Shown piece after piece: positions 30,121 through 40,221 of a stretch of DNA of 64,000 nucleotides. The DNA comes from Pelagomonas calceolata. Its lineage: Eukaryota. Below the pieces are notes generated by a model. That model saw only the letters and a list, made by a program, of their open reading frames with translations. It made no database searches and was not told the origin of the DNA. The position numbers were made by a program, and so were the translations under genes. The DNA is taken from positions 3,100,001-3,164,000 of the forward strand of contig CAKKNE010000004.1 in the NCBI GenBank assembly GCA_918797485.1, written 5' to 3'. Every line of letters begins with the position of its first letter. Position 1 is the stretch's first letter.

Positions 30121-30780
30121 CTACTTGTACTGCGCCGTGCTATCGCCGCCGAAGAACTCGTCGGGATCGTCCTTTCCGTCGCGCTGCGCCAGCGTCCCCA
30201 GCGTGGCCATGCGCGGCTTCTCCGCCGGCGCGGACGCCTTCGACGCGGCCGTCGTCGACGGAGCGGATGGCGCGGCCGACGCGAGGGCGGCCTCGAAGGC
30301 AGCCTGGTTTTGCGCCGGGCCGTCGCCCGTGAACCGTGCGAGCCGCGCCGCGCGCGCCTCGTCGACGTCGCGCGCGCTGGCCTTCGGTGCGGGTCGCGCT
30401 GCCCTTTGAGGCATTCGCGGCATCTGCGGTCGGTGGCCGGTGTTATAGCAGTAGAACCTGTGCGCAAATCAACCAGTGAGTCGAGTTTACGAGACCCACA
30501 CTGTCACGCCATCGAGCTGGCGTCGCGTCGATGGCGTGGAGATCACGATTCATTTATGCACTGACGTGGACGCGGCGGCCGCAGCGGCGACGAGCAGCGC
30601 GTTCTGCCAGGCGGGCAGGCCTTCACCACTACTACCTGCCGCCGCCCCTTCCGCCTGGGCGTCGTAGGTGCGGCTGTACGACCCGTCGGGGTTCTTCTTC
30701 AAGCCCGGTCCTGGGGTGAATGAGACATCAGCATGGACGGCCGCAAAGAGGCTCGCGGCGAGCACGCTGAGGCGCAACAT
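30121..30780 (-). CDS. Small single-pass secretory-pathway protein (181 aa); exons 30780-30572, 30457-30121
   Basis: Signal peptide MLRLSVLAASLFAAVHA, TM LLVAAAAAAFYCY formed across the splice, cytosolic DEARAARLARF. Confidence 0.7.
30458..30571 (-). mobile_element. Introner-type intron (114 nt)
   Basis: TIR CTGTGCGCAAATCAA at 30458, intact CACGCCATCGA-N12-TCGATGGCGTG hairpin, degenerate other end; splice restores frame. Confidence 0.88.
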
Positions 30781-30879
30781 GGCTGCGGCTATTTTGAGAA
30801 AGCGATTACTGCTTGTTCGTTTCCGTGTTTGCGCGTTGGCTGGCCCGCTGTCCACGGTTTTTTGGCCGGAAAACCCGTA

Positions 30880-30902
30880 CTAGTGTGTTACAGGACGCTA
30901 GC
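30880..30902 (+). promoter_or_regulatory. CTAG bipartite upstream motif (variant)
   Basis: CTAGTGTGTTAC-AGGA-CGCTAGC between divergent genes. Confidence 0.6.
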
Positions 30903-31049
30903 TCGCACCTCGTCTTGCACTTTTCACGCTACCGTGTAGCAGTGCTCACCCCAGCTGTCGACAAGCGCGGGCTCTAAGCCAAACCGTGCGCGGAGTTTGC
31001 AACCACTGGCGTGCGACGTAACCCCGCGCCAGCCTAAGGACACGCAGCC

Positions 31050-32239
31050 ATGCTCATCGCTGCAGCGCGCCGCGCCGCGCCCCGAGCTGCACCCTGCTGC
31101 ATTGGCACTGTACGCACTGCAACGCGCCGAGCCCACCAGCTCCCGCGCGCCGCGACCACCGCTCCGAGAAGGCCAAAAATAACGACGCCGAGGCGGTCCT
31201 TCCTCGCGCTGCCGCAGGGCGAAGCTTTACCTGTGGTCGGCGGCCTCATCGGCGCCAATTGTTTGGTGTATGGCGCGTGGCAGGTCGTCGACCCGCGCGT
31301 GATGACGCGGCACTTCACGCTGTCGAACGACGACGTCCTCCAATACCCGCACACGCTCGTCACGAGCTTTTTTAGTCATGCGAGCGGCTGGCACCTTCTG
31401 GGGAACATGGTGACGTTGTTTTTCTTCGGCCCCGAAGCCATCGGCGCGCTGGGCGCGGCGCGCTTCCTCGCGGTTTATGGAGGGGCTGGATTAGTCGCGA
31501 ACAGCGCCCAGCTGGCCACAAACGCCTACGCGAATATGAGGCGCGACCCGTACTTCCGCACGCGATCACCTAGATGCCTAGGGGCGTCGGGCGCCGTGAA
31601 CGCGGCCGTGGCCTACGGCTGTTTGTTAAATCCGTGGCGCATGATCATCGTGTTCGCCGAGTTCCTGCCGCTGCGTCGGCGCCCGGCGTCCGTCCTATTC
31701 AGCGTGCGAGCGTCGCGATGGTCGCGGCGATGGCGTACTGGTGGGAATTCTACCTCCACGCCATCGACTGAGCGCATAAATGGCGTATGAGCTGTCACGC
31801 CATCGCCGCGACGCCATCGACGCGACGCCATCGACGCGACTCGTTCCCCGCGCAGCGCTGCCCGCGCTTTTATATGGAGGCGCGTTCCTCGCCAAGGACC
31901 TCGGCGCTTTGTTCGATGTACACATCCCCTACGTGTCGGACCGCGCGCACGGCATCGCCCACGGCGCGCACGTCGGCGGCACCCTTGTATGATATACGGC
32001 GTCCTCGTGTCACATTGAGAGAGAGAGACGATGACGATTAGTACACCTGACGTTGTCCGAGCGCGCCTCTGAGGACAACCCTTACTTCCAGTCTTTGCCG
32101 ACTTCCTTCCGAGTCTCCCTGCTCTCTTCGTGTCGCGTCGACTGGCGTCTGTGGCGCTTGCTTATCCTTTCGCGCGCAGGTCGGCGTCGGCGCGTTCTTC
32201 CTGATGGGTCGCCGGGGACAGTTCCGGCGGTGGAAGTAG
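31050..32239 (+). CDS. Rhomboid intramembrane serine protease (PARL-like, mitochondrial-type leader); exons 31050-31674, 31856-31986, 32180-32239
   Basis: SFFSH..WHLLGNM, catalytic GASG, AHGAHVGG; Arg-rich N-terminus; two GT-AG introns restore frame. Confidence 0.85.
31675..31855 (+). mobile_element. Degenerate introner-derived intron (181 nt)
   Basis: Several ACGCCATCG / CGATGGCG core copies; GT..CGCAG; splicing gives FLPLPLPALLYG. Confidence 0.65.
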
Positions 32240-32494
32240 GTTCTTCGTAATTGTCTTTGTAGTTTCGATGGCGTTTGGGGAGTCGTCCGTCGGCGATACG
32301 GGTTTTGGCAGCAGCTTCGCAGACCCAGCTCTTGTCTTGCAAGGCCAATTCGAGCCCACAGACTTCAATCCTTGTCACACAATTGTATTCGCTTATATTT
32401 CACGCCCAGGGCCTGACCTCGCACCCCTTGTAAACAGCCGAGAGTAAAATCTCCTCTCAATCTCTCAGACAGTCACAAAACTCCCATTCACAAC

Positions 32495-33703
32495 ATGGCT
32501 ACTACGCTCAACACAATCCCAGCTGAGGAAGGCGACACGCTGTTACCCAAGAAGCCTCAGGCATCGCTTAAATTCCAAGCGCACATGGGCGCCGCGAACG
32601 CGTCGACGAAAGCGAAGAAGGTCGTCGGCGCCGTGGCCGTGGCGGCCTTAGTTCTGGGAGTGCTCGCGGCGACGAGCGTATGGGCCGGCGTCGCGCCGGC
32701 GCGCACGAACTTGAGCTCGAGCGCCAAGAATCAGCAGATTAAGTTATACGCGGACCCGTCGAAGTGCCTTACCGCTACTGGAACCGAGGTAGGTGACAAG
32801 CTAGTGATATCGACGTGCGGCGGCGGTGGTGGCCACGGTACGAAGCTCGCGACTCAGCAGTTCACCTACTCCGAGAAGAACGGGCGCGGCCAAATCACCC
32901 ATGGCAACTTGTGCGTGAGCAAGGAACCCGGCTCAGCTGTCTCGGACGCGATGTTGTTGTGGTGGTGCGACTCTGGCGACTCTGACGAGAACTTAATCTG
33001 GGAAACGGATGAATCCAAAAATGGGTACAAGCACATATCGTTCCCGTGGTTTGACGGCTCGCACCTCTGCATCGATGCGGAGAACACCAAGGACGGCAGC
33101 CCCGTGACCGCGGTCAAGTGTAGCTCGCAAAAGTTGAAGCAGCAGCAATGGGAGATCACCTCCGACGTGCGCCCGACGTCTCAGCAAATCAAGTTAGCTG
33201 ATGCCAACAAGGTCGGCATGCGGCGTCCTTATTGGTAAATTGCGCGTGCCGCGGCATACGCCATCGACGCCCCGATTCCCGCGCAGTGCCTAGCCGTCCG
33301 CAACCCGTCGACCGCGAAGAAGGGCTCGCCGGTGGAGGTCTACGACTGCGCCTCCAAAGCTGACGCGGAGAAGGAGGGGCAGGCCTGGTACTATGATGTG
33401 TCGCATGGCGGCTGTTTCATCAAGTTCGTCTACGGCGATACGGACCTGTGCGTGAACGCATTGGGTGGCAAGCACTTTCAGGACGGCGACGCCTTCGGCC
33501 TCTTCGATTGCACGTATACGAAGCAGGAGGAGCTCCAATTCATCGGGAGCGAGCTTCCCTCGTACATAGAGCTCTCCGCTACCAATTCGCAGTATACCAT
33601 GACGCCCCAGTCTTGTGTGGGCAAAATGGACTGCAACCCGAAGAACGGCGAGAAGGTCGTCGGAACGAGCGAATGGCCGCCCGCGGAATGGACGCGGGTG
33701 TGA
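32495..33703 (+). CDS. Type II membrane protein with two ricin-B (beta-trefoil) lectin-like domains; exons 32495-33211, 33287-33703
   Basis: TM near N-terminus; repeats QQIKLYADPSKCL / QQIKLADANKCL, LCIDA..C..QQW; 75-nt intron with ACGCCATCGACGC core. Confidence 0.8.
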
Positions 33704-33815
33704 GCTCCCACCACGTAGGAGCGCTCACCTTGGCAAGTCAGGTGGAGCGCTGCTCACGAAGCATCCCCTCCCTCCCTCCCCTCCTCCTCCCCCAGAAGAG
33801 TAATTATACCATCAC

Positions 33816-33840
33816 GCTAGTGCCTTTAAAGGCCGCTAGC
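33816..33840 (+). promoter_or_regulatory. CTAG bipartite upstream motif (degenerate)
   Basis: GCTAGTGCCTTTAAAGGCCGCTAGC upstream of ATG 34051. Confidence 0.45.
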
Positions 33841-34050
33841 TCAGTTTTTTGACTTTTGACTTTGGAGTTTGGACAGCCAACCGCGTTCGACGCGCAGCGC
33901 TGCTCAACAGTTCAAAAAATACAAAGGCACGGCAATCTCTGCTGATAAAGCACTGGTCTGATCGCTGCAGCAAAAAACCGCCTCCAACAGCCCAGGCGCG
34001 CAAAACGCTCCAACAGCCACAGACAGACGCCGCCGACGCGCAAAGCAGCC

Positions 34051-34857
34051 ATGTCGGAACCGCGCAGCTCCCGCCGCGCCAAGAAGGCCGTCAACTACGA
34101 GGAGCCGAAGCCCCTCTCGACGCGCGAGATCCGCGCGCGCATGAGCCAGGACTCCGAGGAGAAAAAGTCCCGGAAGCGCGCCAACTCCGAGACGAGCACG
34201 GGGTCCTCCGCCGCGAAGAAACCAAAATCTTCCACAACTCCCGCTCCCAAAAAACCCGCCGCGAAGAAGACGCCGCGCCGTTTGGAGGAAACGCTCGCCG
34301 CCGAGTCGTCGACGAAGAAGAAGCCCGCGGCGCGCACACCCAAAACGCCGACGAGCGACAAGGCGCGCGCGCGCCACGCCGCCGCCGTGTCGACGGAGGC
34401 CGACGAGTCGACGAAGGCGGCGCGCGCCGAGGCCAGGGCCTGGCGCGACAAGTACCGAGCCCTCGAGAAGGAGCGCGTGACCCAGGCCGAGCGCGAGAAG
34501 GACCGAAGTGATGGGCGCGCCGCGCGCCTCGAGGCTTTGTGTAGGGAGCAGGAACGGCGCCTGAAGGCGTACGAAGAGCTCACGGGCTGCTCTTTGAAAG
34601 TCTTCGCGCTCGAGGCGACGGAGGACGAGGAGGTCGAGTGCGTCGCGACGTCGAACTTCACGGATCGCAAGCTGGAATTTAGGTTGGAGGTGCCGCGCGG
34701 CGGCGCCGAGCGGATCTACTTCGAGGCGGGCGCCGGCGCGGAGTGCCTCGACGAGGGCATGGAGTCGTCGCCGATCGAGTTCGACCGGGACCAGTTCCCG
34801 CGCTTCCTGTCACGGATCCTCGCGCGCGTGCACCGGTCGGAGGAGTCGGCGCTCTAA
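34051..34857 (+). CDS. Csm1/Pcs1 (monopolin)-like coiled-coil plus RWD-type protein
   Basis: Basic N-terminus, coiled coil, then YEELTG..VECV..LEFRL..IYF..IEFD..FPRFL pattern typical of the Csm1 domain. Confidence 0.6.
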   Translation: MSEPRSSRRAKKAVNYEEPKPLSTREIRARMSQDSEEKKSRKRANSETSTGSSAAKKPKSSTTPAPKKPAAKKTPRRLEETLAAESSTKKKPAARTPKTPTSDKARARHAAAVSTEADESTKAARAEARAWRDKYRALEKERVTQAEREKDRSDGRAARLEALCREQERRLKAYEELTGCSLKVFALEATEDEEVECVATSNFTDRKLEFRLEVPRGGAERIYFEAGAGAECLDEGMESSPIEFDRDQFPRFLSRILARVHRSEESAL

Positions 34858-34952
34858 GCTTTGTGTCCCTAGTTTCGCCCTCGACGACGGCACGTCGATG
34901 GCGTTGGTGTGTCCCTACTCGCTTTCGGCGCGTCGATACCACGTATACTTAT

Positions 34953-35666
34953 TCACAAAAACGCCGTCGCGAGACTCGTGGCGACGAGCCCCAGCATCAG
35001 GGGCGCCCGCAGGTTTTGAGGCGCGAAGTTGTTGACCATCAACAGCGGAAACATGACCGGCATCAAGAACTGCATCAAGGCGCTCACCAGCTGCATCGCG
35101 AGCATCACGAAGGCCAGGACGCCCACAACAAGTAATGGCGGCGGCACCGTCTTGATCAGGGCCTCGACGAACGGCGGTACCTCGATCTGCGGCATCTCCA
35201 TTGGTTGCGGTGCGCCGCCCCGCCGTCTCCCCCCAACCGGCACGCCGTTCACGTAAAACGCCATGCCCGGCCCGCCCCCGAAGTGCATCCCGCCCATGGG
35301 CATGCCCCCGAAGGCCATGCCCGGGCCGCCCATGGCCCCGCCGAAGAACTGGCGGAACAGCTCCTCGGGGTCGACGTGCGGCGCGCCGGACCCGCCCTGG
35401 TCGACGCTCCTTGAACCATCCTTGCCGTAGCGGTCGTAGGCCGCCCGCTTCTGCGGGTCGCTCAGCGCGTCGTAGGCCTCGGCGACGCGCTTAAAGTTTT
35501 CTTCCGCAGCCTTTTGCTCGGCCTGGGATTTCGAGGACCACTTGTCGGGGTGCCACTTGACGGCCGCTCGTCGGTATGCTTTTTTCAGGGCGGCCTCGTC
35601 GCAATTACGGTCGACGCCGAGCACTTTGTAGTAGTCGTCGCTCGCGACGTTGCTCGTCGAGGCCAT
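34953..35666 (-). CDS. DnaJ (Hsp40) protein with G/F region and C-terminal TM helices
   Basis: [31 protein letters not shown]. Confidence 0.9.
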   Translation of the reverse strand: MASTSNVASDDYYKVLGVDRNCDEAALKKAYRRAAVKWHPDKWSSKSQAEQKAAEENFKRVAEAYDALSDPQKRAAYDRYGKDGSRSVDQGGSGAPHVDPEELFRQFFGGAMGGPGMAFGGMPMGGMHFGGGPGMAFYVNGVPVGGRRRGGAPQPMEMPQIEVPPFVEALIKTVPPPLLVVGVLAFVMLAMQLVSALMQFLMPVMFPLLMVNNFAPQNLRAPLMLGLVATSLATAFL

Positions 35667-35900
35667 TGTTGTGGTGCTCTATATAACCGGGCACGTGCTC
35701 TATATGTCCGGCCGCGCGACGCGTATTGCTTGCACAACGCGTGGCAGCTGCTGCTGAATGTGAGGGCTACCCGTCGACTGCGAACGAGCCTGGGTCGTGT
35801 GCGCTGCTTCGATGGGCACACACAGCGACCACCTATTTGTTCTGCAGGCAGGCGTGCGTGCTTTAGAGGCTGTTTTAAGGTTGCCAAATGCTGGCGTCGC

Positions 35901-35923
35901 CTAGCGTGCAGAGAGACACTAGC
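35901..35923 (-). promoter_or_regulatory. CTAG bipartite upstream motif (variant)
   Basis: CTAGCG-TGCA-GAGAGACACTAGC between divergent genes. Confidence 0.55.
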
Positions 35924-36078
35924 GTGCCAAGCAACAGCCTCATAAATCAACCACTGCGACCCAAAACTCGCATCGATTGCAGCATTACGCACTGCTATCA
36001 ATTGCCTATACACTGCGGCCCAAAACTACGCGCCGTTTGCAGCACTCTGCTGCGCAGCAGTGCAGCACACATTGCAGC

Positions 36079-37902
36079 ATGCGAGTCGTCATCACCGGTG
36101 GTGCAGGCTACCTCGGCCAGTGCCTCGCCAGAGGCATCCTGCGCCGAGGAGCACTGCGGACGCACAAGCACGGCGAAACAAAAGTCTCGTCCATAGTGCT
36201 CGCGGATCGCGCCGCGCCAACACGCTGGCACCACGAAGAAGTCCAAGAGAAGACGAAATTGATGATAGGAGACGTGGGAGACGCGGCCTTCGTCGACAGC
36301 CTCCTCGCCGACGCGACGGACGTCTCGATCTTCCACATGGGTGCCGTCATGTCCGGCGACGGCGAGCGAGACTTCGACGGCTGCATCCGCACGAACCTCC
36401 ACGGCACAATCAACGTGCTCGAGGCGGCGCGGCGTGCGCCGGGCCGGCCGAAGGTGGTGTATGCGTCGGCTGGCGCGACGCTGGGCGCCGGTGCGCCGAC
36501 GGACTGGGTCACCTCCCAGGATGTCGTGGGCGATTTCAGTCGCGCGACGCCGCACACGACCTACGGCGCTACCAAAGCCTGCGGCGAATTACTCCTCGCG
36601 GACTACTCGCGGCGCGGTTTTTTAGATGGACGCGGCCTGCGGCTGCCGACGATCTGCGTGCGCGCGGGCGCGCCCAATGCGGCCACTACCGGCTGTTTCT
36701 CGAGCGTGGTACGAGAAACGCTCGCGGGCCGTGATACTGTGCTGCCAATTGCTCCGGACATTATCCACGCAGTCGCGGGAACGCAGAACTGCGTGAATGG
36801 ACTGATCGACTTGCACGACGCGCCCAACGCCGACGATGTCTTGGGCTTCGACCGCACGGTCTTCCTGCCGGCCTGTCCCGTGACGCTCGACGAGCTCCAC
36901 GCCGCGACGGTCGCCGCCTGCGCGCCGGAGGATCGCAAAAAATTAGGCCGCGTGTCATACGCCGTCGACGAGGCCCTCTCCGCCGCGGTGGGCTCGTTTC
37001 CGTCCCGGATCGACAGCACGCGGGCGGAGGCCCTGGGCCTCGCGCCCGCGGCGCCGCCGGCCGCCCTCGTCCGAGAGTACTGCGAGACCTTCCCGGGCGA
37101 CCTTGCGGTCGGTGTCAACGCCAATGATGAGACAACTGTTGCTGAAGACGACGACGACGTGGCGGTCGCTGTAGTCACCGGGGGCGGCTCGGGCATCGGC
37201 CGGGCCGTGGCGATACGCTTGGCGCGGGGCGGCTGGGCGGGCGGGCGGCGCGTGCGCGTCGTAATAGCGGGCCGGCGGGCGAAAGCTCTGGAGGAGACCA
37301 AGGCCCTGTGCGGACCCGACGCCGACGTCGTGTGCGTGCCGACGGACGTGACCCGGGAGCGCGACGTCACGAGGCTTTTCGCGCGCTCGAAGCGCTGCGA
37401 CCTGCTGTTCAACAACGCCGGCGTGAACGTGGGGCCGACGTCGGTGGAGGCGATGAGCCTTTCGGACTGGCGCTGGGTCGTCGGCACGAACCTCGACGCG
37501 GCGTTCCACGTCGCGCGCGAGGCGTTCAAACTCATGACAACGCACGGCGGCGGGCGCATAGTCAACAACGGCTCCGTGTCGGCGGCGGCGCCGCGGCCGG
37601 GCTCCGTCGCGTACACGGCGTCGAAGCACGCGGTGACGGGCCTCACGAAGAGCCTCGCGCTGGACGGGCGACCGTTCGACATCGCGGCGGGGCAGATCGA
37701 CTTCGGCAACGTCGTCTCCGCCATCTCGGACGGCATGGCCACGGGTATGCCACAGGCCGACGGCTCGGTCCGGCCCGAGGCGCGTATGGAGGCGTCCGAC
37801 GCCGCCGACGCCGTGTTCTACATGGCAAGTCTGCCGCTGTCGGCGAACGTGCTACAGATGACGGTGATGGCGTCGAAAATGCCACTTGTGGGGCGGGGGT
37901 AA
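36079..37902 (+). CDS. Fusion: D-erythronate dehydrogenase (DenD)-like extended SDR plus classical SDR
   Basis: TGGAGYLG..YGATK..DYSRRGFLDGRGLRLPTI; second domain TGGGSGIG, NNAG, NNGS, YTASK, ending MPLVGRG. Confidence 0.85.
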   Translation: MRVVITGGAGYLGQCLARGILRRGALRTHKHGETKVSSIVLADRAAPTRWHHEEVQEKTKLMIGDVGDAAFVDSLLADATDVSIFHMGAVMSGDGERDFDGCIRTNLHGTINVLEAARRAPGRPKVVYASAGATLGAGAPTDWVTSQDVVGDFSRATPHTTYGATKACGELLLADYSRRGFLDGRGLRLPTICVRAGAPNAATTGCFSSVVRETLAGRDTVLPIAPDIIHAVAGTQNCVNGLIDLHDAPNADDVLGFDRTVFLPACPVTLDELHAATVAACAPEDRKKLGRVSYAVDEALSAAVGSFPSRIDSTRAEALGLAPAAPPAALVREYCETFPGDLAVGVNANDETTVAEDDDDVAVAVVTGGGSGIGRAVAIRLARGGWAGGRRVRVVIAGRRAKALEETKALCGPDADVVCVPTDVTRERDVTRLFARSKRCDLLFNNAGVNVGPTSVEAMSLSDWRWVVGTNLDAAFHVAREAFKLMTTHGGGRIVNNGSVSAAAPRPGSVAYTASKHAVTGLTKSLALDGRPFDIAAGQIDFGNVVSAISDGMATGMPQADGSVRPEARMEASDAADAVFYMASLPLSANVLQMTVMASKMPLVGRG

Positions 37903-38323
37903 TTAACAATTTGTAATTTTAGTCAGCAAAAATCTGCCGCGTATCGTTGTAGGTCGCGAGCTGCTCTGCGGGGGTGGGCTCGCCCGACAGGATGCGCATG
38001 AGTCGCGCGGAGAGGCGGCGCCGGCGTCGCGGGCGCAGCTCGCCACAGAAGTTGTCGCGGCTTGGGCGGATGGGGCGCGGCGCGCAAGGGGGCGACGAAG
38101 AACGATGGGCGGCGAGCGCGACATGGCGGGCACGATTTCGGAATATTTGCTCTCGCAGCAGCGCGCGCACGGCGGAATCGCCGACGACGCCGACGCGATG
38201 GACACGGTCGACCAGACCGCGGAGATCGCGTGCTGGCTCCGCATGCTGCCAGAGCTCGCCGCCGCGACGGAGCCCGCCTCGTGGACGGTCGCCGGATTCT
38301 AGAGTAACACAGGGATAACACAG

Positions 38324-39868
38324 TTAAACAAGCCGCGCCGCCGACAGGTGCTCGTAGCTCGCGCGCGACACGAGGCCGGGGGCCGCGCGCCGCCATCCAT
38401 TGGACGGGAACTCGAGGTGGCCGCCCGTCCGCGGCGACGCCTTCGCGATTTTCGAGGACCGCCGCTGTTCGTTGCCGCCGCGCGACACCAGAATCAACAG
38501 CAATGCAATCCCGCAAAAGCCGAGCAAGAAGAAGCGCCAGCCGCCGTGTTTTTTTGTCACGGGCACCGTACCATCGACGCCAGAAGCGTGCGGAATATGC
38601 CTAGGTCGTCGTAAGGCGTGCGCGTCCGCGTCTAGAACGGCGCCCAGCGTCCAGTCGAGCTCGACACCTCTCAGTTTAATCGCAACCAACAATGCCCGCC
38701 CGCTGGGGTCGACGCCGACGACGTCCCTTAATAACACATCGACGTAGGCCGCTTCAAAACATCTTCTAGGAAAATCGCGGTGCCTTCGCGCCGCATCCCC
38801 GTGAAACCCGTCCCAGGCGATTTCTTCCGAAGCGGCCTTGCTGAGTAAGGCGGGCGACGCCGAACAGTAGGCCTCGGCGGCCGCTTTGGCCTTGTCTACG
38901 GAAGGCGCCGGCCACATGCCATCTAAACCAGCATGTGCTTTTTTAGCATAGGCAGTATCGTACTCCTCGCCACCTAATTCGACCAACAACGGTAAAGCTT
39001 GATGTAAAGTTCGCCACGCGTAGAAATACAACGACGTGGCGACAAATCTAGCGTTCGGCGCCGGCTTGATTGGCTCCGGCGGCGCCTCGTCCTCGCCGCT
39101 GTCGAAAGGTAGAGCGCAGGGCTGCTTGTTCTGTGACCTACAATCCATGATACCTAGAGCGGACGCGATGGCGCTTCGGCAACCATCAAAGTCGGCCGGT
39201 TGGGCGCAGGGGTCCCTGTCCACAGTTTTGATGTAGCGCTCGTGGAAGCGCTCGACGCCGTACCCGAGATACGTCGCCACGGAGAAGTGCTTCTTGTTTA
39301 GTTGCGGGGGCACGCGCTGCCTTAAGGCTGTTGCTACTTGTGTGGAGGCTCCTCCTAAGTCGAGCGCTCCAACTAAGTCACCAGCACCGTCCGATGGCGT
39401 TTCGTCCGCATCAATCGCGTTGACGGCGTAGTTGGCGCCAACTGCCCCAAAAAAAGCTTCGTCCTCGCCCGTGATGGTCTTTATTGCTGATCTTCGGATG
39501 AGAAACGGCGTCTCGTTTAGTATGGTGTGGCAGGCATCGTAGAGTTTAGCTGCATTGTCGTCGCCGACCAACCGCATGCCCGCCGTCGCGTAGAGTCTGA
39601 GAGGCGTCGCGCCCCACTCCTCCTCCGGCACGCGATCTTTGGCCCAGTCGACGAGCGGTAGCAGGTAGTTTTTTAGAGCGCTATCGTTCCCGACGAACGC
39701 GTGGAGGCCCGGTGGCGTCTTCACGGGGCTCCGACTTCCAGCGATTTCTTTGGCTTTTACTCTTTCATATACATAAACACGAGTGCCCGTCGAGCCGGCT
39801 TCGAGGAGGACGGAGAAGCGGCTGGCGCTCGCGGTGGCGACCATCAGCAGCGCGGCGGCGGCGCGCAT
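38324..39868 (-). CDS. GDA1/CD39 nucleoside phosphatase (apyrase)
   Basis: Apyrase conserved regions EAGSTGTR, ATAGMR, GEDEA, DLGGASTQ, WTLG; signal peptide and C-terminal TM. Confidence 0.9.
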   Translation of the reverse strand: MRAAAALLMVATASASRFSVLLEAGSTGTRVYVYERVKAKEIAGSRSPVKTPPGLHAFVGNDSALKNYLLPLVDWAKDRVPEEEWGATPLRLYATAGMRLVGDDNAAKLYDACHTILNETPFLIRRSAIKTITGEDEAFFGAVGANYAVNAIDADETPSDGAGDLVGALDLGGASTQVATALRQRVPPQLNKKHFSVATYLGYGVERFHERYIKTVDRDPCAQPADFDGCRSAIASALGIMDCRSQNKQPCALPFDSGEDEAPPEPIKPAPNARFVATSLYFYAWRTLHQALPLLVELGGEEYDTAYAKKAHAGLDGMWPAPSVDKAKAAAEAYCSASPALLSKAASEEIAWDGFHGDAARRHRDFPRRCFEAAYVDVLLRDVVGVDPSGRALLVAIKLRGVELDWTLGAVLDADAHALRRPRHIPHASGVDGTVPVTKKHGGWRFFLLGFCGIALLLILVSRGGNEQRRSSKIAKASPRTGGHLEFPSNGWRRAAPGLVSRASYEHLSAARLV

Positions 39869-39995
39869 CGTGGCTGTTGCAGCGCTATGCGTGCGCAGCG
39901 CTAGTCGCCGATGCCTTTTGTGTTTTTTTGTGCTGTTGCAGCGATGCGCGTGCGCAGCTGTGCTCGCCGATGCGTTTTTTTGGCATTTTTGCGAT

Positions 39996-40019
39996 GCTAG
40001 CGTCTTGTAAGACACTAGC
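39996..40019 (-). promoter_or_regulatory. CTAG bipartite upstream motif
   Basis: GCTAGCG-TCTT-GTAAGACACTAGC between divergent genes. Confidence 0.65.
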
Positions 40020-40221
40020 ATTTAGTCCAGGGGGCGGTTTTGCCCTGTGTGCGGTTGTTGCCTGCCCTTAGAACTGTATACGGACATAAATATTACCTTC
40101 CTGCGATCGCGGATTGAGCAGTAGCGAGCGCTGTGCACTAGACGCACTGCCAAGCCACTCAAAGGCCTGCAGCGTGCAATTTGCGCGAGTCGAGCAACGC
40201 GTCGAGCAACGCGTGCCATCG

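Noticed and set aside
37953..38302. Short plus-strand open frame after the DenD-SDR gene as an extra exon
   Set aside because: The obvious GT(37899)-AG(37952) splice leads into a stopped frame; no recognisable domain
39780..39810. Apyrase ACR1 reads EAGSTG instead of DAGS
   Set aside because: Conservative change with the other conserved regions intact; insufficient to claim altered function
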